DNA of 64,000 bases from Rhizodiscina lignyota (taxonomy: Eukaryota). The notes beneath the pieces were generated by a model, which saw nothing but the letters and a program-made list of their open reading frames with translations, searched no databases and was not told the DNA's origin. Position numbers and translations under genes: made by a program. This document shows positions 25,195 to 37,260 of the stretch, piece by piece; the stretch's first letter is position 1; the number at the start of each line of letters is the position of its first letter. The stretch is from the NCBI GenBank assembly GCA_010015805.1, contig ML978123.1, positions 2,046,001 to 2,110,000 on the forward strand, read 5' to 3'.

Positions 25195-28100
25195 ATGGCG
25201 ACGCCAGTGCCCAATGGCATACACAACAAAATCTTGGACAATGTTGTTCGGACTCCAGGACGTGTGCCGTCCCCCCAACCAACACACCTGAGTGTTCCGG
25301 GAGCAAGCCATCACAACCATTCCCAAATACTGCACGAGAAAGGGTCTGGCTATGTTGCGCCGAAGTTCGAGGGCAAGGAGCGACAGATGGAGGAGGTCAT
25401 GGATCAGCTGGAAGACAAAGGGTTTATTCCACCGGATTTCGTGGAAACGGAGACCAAGTGGTTCTATGAACAACTTGGCATTGACGACATGTACTTTCAG
25501 ACAGAATCAGTGGAGGCCCTGGTCAACCATATTCTCTCTCTATATGCTGCAAAAGTGGCAGCTTACGCTAGAGACGACAAGCGCCTGGAGATTCGATTAG
25601 ATAAAGAGGCGGCTGACCATGCGGTTTATATCGACACAAGCAAGCCTGGAATATCTGTCATGGACGGTCCACAGTACGAACAACGCATAGATGAAAAGTA
25701 CCTGAGCGTCAAACTAGAAGATGCATCGCCATGTTATCGCGTTGAATCATTTCGATCCTCGAGTCCACTCCCGGGAGGCACAGAGCAACAGTTGCGCTGC
25801 TATTTCGTCTATCAGTGCGAGTTTGCGAATCCGAACGTGACTCCGAATGAGTCGGATATCACCAAGATTGGCGAGAAGCGCTGGCTGCAAAAGGCTACGA
25901 AGAATACCAAAGAAATCTACCAGGAGCTCATGAACAAGGCAATTGGCCGCTCCGGACCCGTTATTGAGTATCTCGATGTAGAGAGCTCACGAGAGAAGCG
26001 CTTGATCGTTGCGTACAAACGCGGTTCTGCACTTGGCCTCTTCAGTGCCCTCAGTGATCTCTACCATTACTATGGCCTCACCTCATCCAGGAAATATGTG
26101 GAACAGTTTTCGAATGGGTTCTCCGTCATGTCTCTCTATCTTCGACCAGCGACTGGCACAGACGGCATCTCAAGATTCCCAGCAATCGAAGCAAGCATTC
26201 ACCAAATCATCAAAGAGGTCTCTCTGCTCTATTGCATTCCGCAAAACAAGTTCCAGGCGCACTTCGCCTCCGGAAGACTGAGCTTGCAAGAGACAATTTA
26301 CGCTCATTGTGTATGGGTGTTTGTCGGCCACTTCATGAACAGACTTGGCTCAGAATATCATGCTCTGGAGTCTCAATTGGATACGAGTAATACGGTACAC
26401 GCGGAGTTGCTCTCGAAGCTCAAGCGCCGATTACGTACGGAAACTTTCACCGCCGACTACATCCTTGAGATCATCAACCAGTATCCTGACCTCATTCATT
26501 CTCTCTACCTTGCCTTCGCGAACACGCATTACGTGCAGGCGCGCGGCGAACAAGATGATTTCATCCCCACTCTGAGTTACCTGCGACTACAGGTCGACAA
26601 AGTGCCTGATGACGAACAACTACGGGAAATGATATCCACAGCAGCGATCAACGAGCACCACGAGATGGTAATGACAGCTTTCAGAGTGTTCAACGGTGCT
26701 ACCCTCAAGACGAATTTTTATACGCCAACCAAGGTAGCACTCAGCTTCAGGCTGGATCCGAGCTTCCTGCCAGAAGCAGAGTATCCGCAGCCGCTGTACG
26801 GCATGTTCTTGGTCATTAGCTCCGAATTCCGTGGTTTCCATCTCCGATTCCGCGATATTGCTCGTGGAGGCATTCGCATTGTCAAATCGAGAAGCAGGGA
26901 GGCCTACTCGATCAATGCGCGATCTCTCTTCGATGAAAACTACAACCTTGCCAACACTCAGCAGAGAAAGAACAAAGATATTCCAGAAGGGGGCTCGAAA
27001 GGTGTCGTGCTTCTTGACTATCCCCACCAGAACAAGGCAAGGGAGTCATTTGAGAAGTACATCGACTCCATCTTGGACTTGTTACTTCCACCAACCAGTC
27101 CCGGAATAAAGGACCCAATTGTGGATCTCTATGGGAAGCCGGAAATCCTGTTCATGGGACCTGATGAGAATACTGCGGACCTGGTTGATTGGGCCACCGA
27201 GCATGCTCGAGCTAGAGGAGCAACATGGTGGAAGTCTTTCTTCACCGGAAAGAGCCCTAAGCTCGGCGGTATTCCTCACGATCAATATGGCATGACAACG
27301 CTGTCGGTTCGTGAGTACGTGACAGGTATCTACCGCAAGCTCGAACTTGATCCAAGCAAAGTCCGTAAACTGCAAACCGGCGGTCCGGACGGTGATCTTG
27401 GTTCGAACGAAATCTTGTTGGGCAACGAGCGATATTGTGCGATTGTGGATGGCTCTGGTGTACTCGTGGATCCGAATGGCCTCGATCGCCAGGAGCTGGT
27501 CCGACTGGCCAAGGAGCGGGCCATGATATCCAAGTTCGACATCAAGAAGCTATCTCAAGAGGGATATCGCGTCTTGGTTGAGGAGAACAACATCAAGCTA
27601 CCGGACGGCGAAGTGGTTCGTAATGGCACTACTTTCCGCAACACATTCCATTTGCGAAATGGATCAATGTACGATGTTTTCGTTCCTTGCGGTGGTCGAC
27701 CCGAGTCCATCGACTTGAGCACGGTGGGCAAACTCATCACGAACGGCAAATGCGTCATTCCCTACATCGTTGAGGGTGCCAATCTGTTCATTACGCAAGA
27801 TGCCAAACTCCGTTTGGAGAAAGCAGGCTGCATCGTGTACAAAGATGCGTCTGCAAACAAGGGCGGTGTCACTTCTTCCTCACTTGAGGTCCTTGCCTCT
27901 CTCTCGTTCGATGATGCTGGCTTCATCGAGAACATGTGTGTCCGTCATGATGGCACCATTCCAGCCTTCTACAACGAATATGTCAAGCAGGTCCAAGATG
28001 TGATCAAACGCAATGCGCGCTTAGAATTCGAAGCAATTTGGAGAGAGCACCAAGAGACGGGAACTCCCAGGAGCATTCTCAGTGACACGTTGAGTGTCGC

Positions 28101-28488
28101 GATTACAAAACTCGATGAAGAGTTACAAGAAACAGAGCTGTGGGATAATGGAGAGCTGAGGAGGAATGTACTGAGCGATGCGCTTCCGAATCTGCTGCTC
28201 GAGAAAATCGGACTGGATACGATCATGGAAAGGGTGAGTATCATCACTATGAGAGAGGTGGTGAAGTAATGCTTAATGCACAAACTAACTGCGAATAGGT
28301 GCCTGATAATTATCTCCGTGCCATCTTTGGTAGCTATCTTGCCAGCCGATTCGTATACGAGTATGGCATCTCAGCCAGCCAGTTTGCCTTCTTTGCATTG
28401 TATGTCTCCCCACTATTTCAACTCACATTCTTAATTTTGCTAATTAATTCGCAGTATGAACAAGCGCATGGTACAATTGAGGAAGTAG
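25195..28488 (+). CDS. GDH2: NAD-specific glutamate dehydrogenase; introns ~28234-28298 and ~28400-28454
   Basis: FRGFHLRFRDIARGGIRIVKSR, ENYNLANTQQRKNKDIPEGGSKG, FMGPDENTA, QTGGPDGDLGSNEI, IVEGANLF, KDASANKGGVTSSSLEV. Confidence 0.96.
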
Positions 28489-29077
28489 TGGAATGAGACT
28501 GGTTTATCGGGCGCAATGGTGGAAGGAAATGCCTCAGGCGTCGAGCTGCGGCAACGGTATACCTTTGCATGAGTCCAAGGGCGTTGGCTGGCAAATATCT
28601 GCCCTGATTGCACAAATATGAAAACCTGAAACAATAGCGCACGTTCTTCTCGTAAATTTGGCGCTTCCAGAGCTGGAACCGCTGACGTTGCATCGCTTTT
28701 CGCTGAGCCTGAGCTTGTGCCCGCCGCCATGCATGAGGACTTGCCCTTTTCCCGCGCCGCCAACCATCCAACTCACAACAAACTCCCAACCGCGCACCCA
28801 ACACCACGTCTATCTCGTGAAATACTTGCAAATCCACGGTCGCAAACGTCTACCGAAGGTGAGTCTGAGCTTGTTTTTATTTACCACGACTCGAGCACGG
28901 TCTAGACCGCTCCCAGCCTCCATCCTTCCACCCCTCACCTCATGCGCACCTTTCTTCTGTTGTCATCGCATCCACGACGCGCGTATTTCTCTTTATCGCA
29001 ACGTCTGACGCGGTCGCAAACCAGTATCCAACCTCTCTAAAGCTTCTAAACTCCCAATTTCAATCAATCTCACAAGA

Positions 29078-29597
29078 ATGGCGCGCGAAACTCGCTCCGC
29101 GACCGGCAACTCCAAACCGCGCGTGCTTGCGGCTCCCGACACTTCGCCTGAGGTGAAGCGCAAGGGCCCAGCGAAGAAGAAGTCGACTGCCACAGAGGCG
29201 GCGAACACGAGCAAGCCGCGCGCGAAGACTACGACCGGCAGGGTCACGAAGAAGGCTGCCGCGCCCAAGAAGGCACCGGCTAAGAAGGAGAGCACCGCAA
29301 AGAAGGTGAAGGATAAGGTGAATGGAGCTGTAGAGAAGGTCGAGGAGGAGGTCGAGAGCAAGCCAGCAAAGAAGGTATGTCTACTATCTCCACGTTTTAC
29401 TTATTGTTTTGGTGGCTCTGTCGCGATTGTAAACAATGGATTTCGCGACGACGCGAAGAATGGCGCGTATAGATACAAGATTTTGGAACCTCATCGTTTC
29501 CTACGCGCGTTCTTCATGAATCAGAGGCAAGAAGGCTAACAACATATCTTCTGGACAGGCTGCCCCCACCAAGAAGACGAAGGGTGAGAAGAAATAG
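29078..29597 (+). CDS. Small Lys/Ala/Thr-rich basic protein of unknown function (H1-tail-like composition); intron 29375-29558, probable 5' UTR intron 28859-29024
   Basis: MARETRSATGNSKPRV...AKTTTGRVTKKAAAPKKAPAKKE...KPAKK|AAPTKKTKGEKK. Canonical GTATGT..CTAAC..CAG intron and biased codons. Confidence 0.75.
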
Positions 29598-30399
29598 AGG
29601 CCCTGATCACGGTAGCTCGTTGGCACTAGCTCTCACAACGCGTCATCAAGGCTTCCCATTCTCATACCTCACGCGGTCCGTCACCAGGCAATTCTTTCTG
29701 GATTAGGCTTGCAAACGTACACTCTTATCATTTCCTGAGATGATCAACCCTCACACCAACCCGGCTACGACTCGAATTCACCTTTTCTTTTGTCTGCTGA
29801 GCATTGTGGCCTCTGCTGCTGTTTCATTTGTTTAACGTCTGCGGTCTCCGGCACGTCTTATTCTCATATGCGCCGCGCTGGAATCCTGTCATGAGCTTTC
29901 ACTGCACTTTGCTGTATGGAATGGGTGCAGGAAGGGAACTGGGACAGGGATAAGGTACACAGGCGCGGTTTTGTACGATACCCGAGGGTTTCTTAATTCA
30001 TGCGGTTAGTCTAATGATCCTGTTGTCTACAACTGCGTATGTGACAAGCTATCTGCCCTGATTCTCGCTGTGAATCCCTCTCGCACGCTACTCGATCGAG
30101 TATCGGCCATTGACCCTCACAGAGTCGGGCTTCGTCTGTGTTGGAGTTTCCTCAGCCATGCCTTCGAATAAATCAGGCTTCTGGAATTGCATTGGTGCGA
30201 GATTGAGGTGACCAAGTACAAGGAGTTGCGAAAGTCTCGGAGCATGGTCGCCTTATCTAGTCACGATGTGATATGAGATCCATGTGGAAGGAATATTCGT
30301 CGGTACAAATATGCAGACTACTTAGAAATACAGAATTAGCACAGCTCTATTATTTTCAAGACATGCTTTACATCTCATATCTATACGAAAGGTATTTTC

Positions 30400-32529
30400 T
30401 CATCTCTTCGTCTTCGCCGGACCCTCCTTCATCGCCCAGAGAGCATAGTGGCCACCAACAGTCGGTCTCGCTCTGAAGACGCCCTCGCCAACCTGCGGTC
30501 CGTCGACCCAATACCGATCCGAAAACGGTATGGTATTCATACCATTCGCCATGAACGCATGCAGATCATCTACAAACATCTGGGCCGTAGCATTCCCCGT
30601 CGGGGTACCCAAGCTCGCGGCTGCACACCACATTTGCCAGTCAGTCTTGCCCCACTGCGCGAGCTCCTCGATCGCCACTCCCGCCTGTGAGCGTACGGCC
30701 GGGTAGAATGCAGACTGCGCGTTGAAGGTGGATTGGTTGAAGACGTCAAGGCCGAGCAGCTTGTCGGGCATGATGTTGAACTGCATGTACCATGTCGTGT
30801 TGTCATAGACGATGTCGAAGTATGGCTGGTCTGTGGCGTTTGAGGTGAAGATGCCCGTGCCGATGGTGTTGATAGTAGAGGCGAATGAGCGGCCGAGGGA
30901 AGTATAGTTGGATTGGCCGGTCATCTTTCCGTATGCGGCGAGAGAAACGGCGGATTTGATGCCTAAGGAGGTCATGTTGGTGAAGCTACCCAATCCGTCT
31001 GTTGTGGAGAGTTGGTTGGTAGGGTAGAGACCGTTTGCAGCGATGTAATCTGCAAATTGCTTGAAGAGTGCTGAATATTTTGTTGTAAATGAAGTATCGC
31101 CCGTGGCAAGCTGGTACGCATAGCTTAGGATGAGTATGTTACCCGATTCTTCGATCGGCATATCTTCTTCGGCTCCATTGTCGTGACCTGTCGCATTCGG
31201 ATAGTTGGATCCAATGTCGTGAATCGCAAATTGCCTTGGCCAACGACCAGTTGCCATGTATGCCATATCAGGTTCGAGAAGCAAGCGAATATAATTTGGT
31301 GCAAGTGCGTACCAAAATGGAAGAGTTGGGAAGATAACATCAATGGTGTTAACGTTGCCATCGCTGGAGATTTCCTTCATGAACGCTAATGGAGTGGAAC
31401 TGTTCGTTGATTCTGCCGTAACGTCAACTCCGCCAAATATCTGGCGGAGGGAGAGAGCAAGAATATCAGAATAGTTGGATCCAGCAACTGATGCCCCAGT
31501 AGTTTGAATTGTGGAATCCAGACCATCAGATTCTTCGATCGCCGCGTCGTAATCATCCAAGAAGTGGTTCAGAGCATCGCTAGTTTCAGAAAACTCTGTT
31601 CGATAGAATCCGGTCTGAGCCTGGCCGAGGTAATTGATGGCGTTCTCACGGACAACACCGATGGCATATGTGACGCTCTTGCTTCCGCTGATCTGCCCCA
31701 AGTCGTGAGCAATTCCGGCCACGTCTCCTGCAGTCCAGCTTGACGCAGATGTTGGCAACGAGCCGTTCTTCTCGAACGAACCCCGTACACTATCTGGTGA
31801 ACCTGTTGCAACTGACAGCTTGCTGCCATTGACTGGACGAGATGCATACACAACATCAGCCCATAGAGCAATCTCATCCGCCGATTGCGAATAGGTCGCA
31901 GCGTTGTCCGCATTTAAAGTTAGAATTGACGTCGATCCAGCCACTGACCGAGTCGCGCTAGTGCTCGCATTCTGGCCCGTCCATGTCTCGTCAATGTCGG
32001 AGTAGATTTGAACATTCGGAGAACCGCTCGCTGCCGTCGCGGTGACAGTTAGGTAGGAAAATGGCAATGATTCCCGTACGTAGTTTGTCAAGGATACCGG
32101 AGAGAAGAAGTCCAATGTAAACTGCACGGAACCGGCACCGAGATTGAAGATGCTATGCGTCGAAGTGTACTCCGCAGAAACGACTGTAGCTGCAGAGGAA
32201 GAACTGCTCGATCCATGCACGCCAAACAGATCATAGGCGTGCCCATCTACTCGTACAATAATAGCCCAGTTTAGAGGATTGCCAAACCAGAATTCGGGCT
32301 GGCCGGAGGCTAGTTCAGCTATCTGGTTGCCTGGCATCCATGCTTCAAATTGGGTCAGTAAAATGTGATCACGGCCACTCACAGCACACGTACCTGACAG
32401 GTAAGGATTTCGGACAGCGAGAGGATAAGTGGGCGGGGCCACAGGCTTAAACGTTACTGAATTAACGAAGGTAAAGAAAGAAGAAATCAATATAGTCGCG
32501 ATGATGTTGAGCATCATGCTGATATTCAT
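30400..32529 (-). CDS. gtaA: Secreted glutaminase A (GtaA family); in-frame intron 32343-32393; start may be at ATG 32517 or 32514
   Basis: Signal peptide, PPTYPLAVRNPYLS|AWMP, FMKEISSDGNVNTIDVIFP, AIHDIGSNYPNATGHDNG.EEDMPIEESGNILI, WGKTDWQMW, FRARPTVGGHYA. Confidence 0.9.
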   Translation of the reverse strand: MNISMMLNIIATILISSFFTFVNSVTFKPVAPPTYPLAVRNPYLSGTCAVSGRDHILLTQFEAWMPGNQIAELASGQPEFWFGNPLNWAIIVRVDGHAYDLFGVHGSSSSSSAATVVSAEYTSTHSIFNLGAGSVQFTLDFFSPVSLTNYVRESLPFSYLTVTATAASGSPNVQIYSDIDETWTGQNASTSATRSVAGSTSILTLNADNAATYSQSADEIALWADVVYASRPVNGSKLSVATGSPDSVRGSFEKNGSLPTSASSWTAGDVAGIAHDLGQISGSKSVTYAIGVVRENAINYLGQAQTGFYRTEFSETSDALNHFLDDYDAAIEESDGLDSTIQTTGASVAGSNYSDILALSLRQIFGGVDVTAESTNSSTPLAFMKEISSDGNVNTIDVIFPTLPFWYALAPNYIRLLLEPDMAYMATGRWPRQFAIHDIGSNYPNATGHDNGAEEDMPIEESGNILILSYAYQLATGDTSFTTKYSALFKQFADYIAANGLYPTNQLSTTDGLGSFTNMTSLGIKSAVSLAAYGKMTGQSNYTSLGRSFASTINTIGTGIFTSNATDQPYFDIVYDNTTWYMQFNIMPDKLLGLDVFNQSTFNAQSAFYPAVRSQAGVAIEELAQWGKTDWQMWCAAASLGTPTGNATAQMFVDDLHAFMANGMNTIPFSDRYWVDGPQVGEGVFRARPTVGGHYALWAMKEGPAKTKR

Positions 32530-33473
32530 TTCCCCGAATGCACGGAAAATTCAGAAGTTGGATCTTCCACGCAAAGTTCAAACATGTCAGGAAAATAGAG
32601 AAAATGAAGATGAAAAAATCAGCCAACATCAGGAACGGAAATTTTGCAGTCTCATTATGCGCTGATGACAGTAGAAATCCCCCGTCCCCGCATCTTCGGT
32701 GCATGTTACATGGGAATTTGCTAACTTTAGCAACTGCTGGAGGATCTCCCAGGAACAAGATCTGCAGCACTACGCCACAGAAAGGAGGAGACCCATGGCA
32801 GGGCACTCCTCTCGCTTCTCATCCACGTAGTACACGAGCCCACAAATCCCGACGGCATCGTTGGCTTGTTGTATGGACCCTCAGGGCAGGATGGAAATGA
32901 AAGGGTGACTGCAGGCTTGATGGCGCCGTCTACGGGCCATTGCAGCGGCTTACAAGTCGAAGGACATATCCTAGGCGTCGGAGAATAAGGTACGTCATTC
33001 GGAGGAATTAGTGAGAAATAGAGCTCGAGAAACATTTCGAGCAGTTTTGCGCGAAACAAAGCATTTGCAAGGCTGGCCTGCATTTGCGCATGCTGGTGAT
33101 GACTCGGGCATCGCATTCCGGGTGAACTGCGGGTAAACTTTGCTGAGAGAGAACTCGGCCACGACTTCAGCTGCGCGCCTAAACCAAAATATATCCAGTG
33201 CACCGCTGGAGTTGCGCGACCACTGCAGAGAGGAGTTGAGGCCCGACTGGTTTGATCGCGCATCACAGTCGTTCTTTTCCTTTTCGCTCCCCCGTATGTC
33301 GTGATTCGACTTTTCCCCTCCTGGCTCTTCTCTCCTTCTTGTCCTTCCCTACTTAACGGCCTTTTGTGCTTCACTTGGATGCCATTGGATCAGATCTAGT
33401 GGCCTCCCAAGCGTTCTTGCTGCTTTTTTGAGATACCCATACCCTCTTCTTTTGCGAGACACCTTTCGCAATC

Positions 33474-34331
33474 ATGGCGGACGGAAAGCGCCAGTCCTCT
33501 GGAAAAGTCGCGACCCCAAAGGTGGCCGCCCAGCCTCAGGAACCAAACGATCGCGACGCATCTATCAGCAAGGCAATTGGCGGTCGGTGAGTGCTCCCTC
33601 TTGGATCTTTGCCATCAACATATTTGCATGGAGTCACTGAAACAGGGGTGCGATACAGAATCCGAGTCACAACCTCTACCAACCAGACCCTCGAAGGCAC
33701 TCTCTACACCGCCTGCCCGATCACCAACGTTATCGCGTTGAACACCACTCCCCCACCTCCGAATCCCTCTTCGAACATCGCTGCCCAGCCAGGCGATTAC
33801 CACATCATCCCGGTCTCGCAGGTCCAGTCTTTGACTATTCTCCACCTTCCAGGCGAGCCTGATCGTCTCGATGGCCCAGGCTTCCAGGGCGCGCTGCCGA
33901 GTACCTACAAGGTTGACACCGAGGCGCTCAATGCAAGGGTGGATGCGGCTGTGAAGAAGCTCAAGGAGAAGGAGGCGACGAGGAACAAGGGCGCCTCGAA
34001 GGAAGGACAAGAGATCTTCGACCAGATGGCCAGGACGTACGTTGCCCTTCACCCTCTGGCACGGGCGTTATATTCTGGGTTCATTGGCTAATATGTGTAC
34101 AGTCTCCCAACGCGCTGGCACGAGAACAACATCGTGGTGAACGACAACGTGATGATCAAGCCGCCGTACCGCCTCGAAGACTGCGCGGCGAACAAGGATC
34201 ATCAGCACAGTCTGCAGCACGTAAAGAAGATTTTGGAGGCCTACTACGCGAAGAAGAAGGTGCCTCAGGGTGGCACTTCGGCGGCAAGGCCTGGCGTGGC
34301 GACGCCAATCCCCCCGAGGAAGGGCGGATGA
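33474..34331 (+). CDS. LSM12: LSM12-like protein (Lsm + anticodon-binding domain); introns 33587-33658 and 34037-34102
   Basis: SKAIGGRIRVTT..LEGTLYTACPITNVIALN, GDYHIIPVSQV, KEGQEIFDQMART|LPTRWHENNIVVNDNVMIKPPY, C-terminal IPPRKGG. Confidence 0.82.
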
Positions 34332-34792
34332 GGCGGTCGACATTATTTGTCGAAACATGAGGCGATCGCAAACATTGGCAGATACTATAGATCTTGCCCA
34401 TTTCCTGGCCAGTCACAAATATTGGACGTGACTAGGCCGTTGACTGTTGACCACTTAAAGAACTCGAACATGCATGTGCAGATAGCGCATAGCTTTAGCT
34501 AAGACAGGAACGTGGATGATGTCGATAACACCGAAGTAGACATCACAAGAACCCTTGAAACGAGCTATTCTTCAGTGCCTTGATTTGAAGTGAAATGAGT
34601 GATCAATTTTGTCTCCGTCTATCCACGAAACTTTTGTTTTACACAAATTCAAGAGAAGGTCCGTGCCAAAGAGAATTGCCATCTATCTATCCCGGCACCG
34701 TCATTAGGGTATATCCGCAAGTAACTCAAAGCAAACCCATGTGGACGCCTATGCAGTCTCATTCAATGTGTGACATGTCCTCCGCCAGTGCC

Positions 34793-35839
34793 TCAAAAGA
34801 CAAACTTCCCTTCTCCCATCATCGCCCAAACCTCTTCGACGATGGATTCCTGCTGTTGACGCTCGGCGGCAGCAATACCCATGTAGAGACGCCCTTCGAC
34901 TCCTGGTTCCCAATCGCCGGGATTGGCAGACACGACAAGGCCACCGGCCTCGAGCAGGATGATCCAGCCCGCGGCGACATCCCAGACCCAACAACCTCCC
35001 TCCCAGAAGACGTCAATCCAACCGGCTGCGACGTAGCAGAAGTCGAGGGCAGCCGAGCCGCTTGAGCGGAGGCTGTGACACATGCGGCCACCGTCCTTCT
35101 TCGCGGTCATGAAGTCCATCGCCATACGAGTGCGAAGCTGCCAGTTCGGTCCGGTACGCTGATTGCCCCATTCAACGGCGACGAGGCAGTCGTTCAGACT
35201 GGAGATCGGCCTTGGGTTGAGACCGAGCTTCTTCTTTGAGCCGTCAGCCTTCTGCAGGACGGCACCACATCCCTGTGTAGCGTAGAACAGGTCGCCTCGG
35301 AAAGGGTTGTAGACGACACCGACGACGGGCTTGCGGCGGATGGTCAGGGCGAGAGAGACGGCGGCATTAGGGAAGCCGTGGCAGAAATTGAGGGTGCCGT
35401 CGATAGGGTCGACGACGAAGGTTGGCTTCTTGCTGAGCTTTTGGCCCGCCTTGAACGACTCCTCGCCCAAGAAGTCGAAGTCGGGATAGTTCGCTGTAAG
35501 CTCAGCGTGGATCATTGCTTCAACGGCCTTGTCAGTGGCAGTGACGCGATCGGAGGTGTTGTTCTTCTCTTCGGAGCCGTCGACAGAAGGATCGGCTGCG
35601 AGGATCATCTTGCCAGCTGCCTTTGCCACGCCCTTCAAGAAGTTGCAGATCTTCTTCAGTTCAGGGATAGAGAGGTTATCGACGAGCTTTGGCTTCATAT
35701 GGAGGCCAGCCACATGCTCTGACAGTTCCTCGACCGGAGTTGTAGCTGAGGAAGGGAAGGAGCGTGCGGAGAACACATCGCTCAGCGTTACATAGGAAGA
35801 AGAGGAGATGCTCTCAGCAGGAGTTGGTGGAGCTGCCAT
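34793..35839 (-). CDS. Inositol monophosphatase family protein
   Basis: DRVTATDKAVE, FLGEES, FVVDPIDGTLNFCHGFP, GVVYNP, LRSSGSAALDFCYVAAG, WDVAAGWIILLEAGG. First ATG at 35839. Confidence 0.93.
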   Translation of the reverse strand: MAAPPTPAESISSSSYVTLSDVFSARSFPSSATTPVEELSEHVAGLHMKPKLVDNLSIPELKKICNFLKGVAKAAGKMILAADPSVDGSEEKNNTSDRVTATDKAVEAMIHAELTANYPDFDFLGEESFKAGQKLSKKPTFVVDPIDGTLNFCHGFPNAAVSLALTIRRKPVVGVVYNPFRGDLFYATQGCGAVLQKADGSKKKLGLNPRPISSLNDCLVAVEWGNQRTGPNWQLRTRMAMDFMTAKKDGGRMCHSLRSSGSAALDFCYVAAGWIDVFWEGGCWVWDVAAGWIILLEAGGLVVSANPGDWEPGVEGRLYMGIAAAERQQQESIVEEVWAMMGEGKFVF

Positions 35840-37260
35840 GACGTCCCGTTGAGATTTTGTAGAAGCGACTGCAAAGCTACGGGGCGTATTTGAACGAAGG
35901 TAGTGAGTTGAATGTGCCCTTAACGAGAGTTGGTGTAGGAGTATACAAGTTCCAGGAGAATATCTGTATCCTAATATAGGCAGAGTTGCTGGCCTGTGCT
36001 CGATTAAGTTGAGTAATTGGCTCAACTTCGTTTATCGGGCGTCAAAGACCGTTCCGGCCCGATATTGGGAAAGAAGGCGCGTGTTGTTCAGGAAGGCGCC
36101 AGGGGTACGTTGAGAAGTAAGTCACCACAACTGTGAACGGAGAGCCTTTCGCTGTGACCACCTTCTGTGGATTTTTTGCAAGATCTTCTCAAATGATGCT
36201 CTGGATTGATCTTTTGAACCGGTCCTTATGTCGACGCGTGGACTAAACTGGAAGGAAAGCTGGCTTCCGCGCAGCCAAGGAGATGCACGCTCTCTGAGGT
36301 TAACCAAAGAAAAAATCAAGAATGACAAAGAGAAGAACTGCTGATAGGCCTGGATGGAAAGCCTGATCGTCAAGCCCAGACTTGTTACACTTCTCTTTGT
36401 TTACCAATGCCCTGATACTCGACACTAGTACTCACAACGAGAACAGAATGTAGAGAAATTCCACAAATCTAGAAGAGAATTGAGTTCCGTTCTGTCATTC
36501 TCATGCAAGATCTTATACATATCAAGCGAAACTTGATCAGCGCCTGTTGAGAAATTATCAAATTCAAACGAGATGAGATGCAGCAGCCCTGTTATCAGCA
36601 TCACCGGAGCAATATGCAGCCACGGAGCGAACCCATGGTCCTGGGTCTTTGAGAGCACGTCAGAGTGCTTTAAGATGCGTCCTAGCATGCAGCATGTGAA
36701 AACTTGAACGATAGCGGCAAAGCGGTACGGGGCTCGCGGCGACCATTTCGCGACTGAGGCGGCAGATTGGAAAGAAATGATGGAGACCTTAATGGACTGA
36801 TGGAGGCTTCCGACTCTTTCGTTCGACCTCCTGCTGCATCTGACAATCGCTATTGGCGTGTCAAATGGAGCGCCATAGGGTTCTGCATTGGATACTGAAT
36901 CGTCCCCAGGATGACAATGCCATGTAGCCGAGCATGCACGCCGATGGACCCTCGAGACGGCTTCAAGTCCGTCCGGCTATTCCCGAGCTGTCAAATCTGC
37001 AGCTGTCTTGGTTATCCTGAGGCAGCTGGAGATATGTTGTTCTTTTGTTGATGCTCAAGATAGATCGAGGAGAAGGAAGTGAGGCAGGCGCGAGGGTTGG
37101 CGATCACAGAGTGCTCCGTGACGGTTGCCACACCATCATCGCCGATACCGTTTTAAAGATACCACATACCAACTGAGTCTTTATACACAAACCAATACAT
37201 CACCTTTATCGAGTATGATTCTCATCGTGTTTACCAGAGGCCAGTAACTCCATTCTCGCA

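Noticed and set aside
32343..32393. In-frame stop-free intron in glutaminase A
   Set aside because: Canonical signals, and it interrupts the conserved PYLSAW motif; no sign retention is functional
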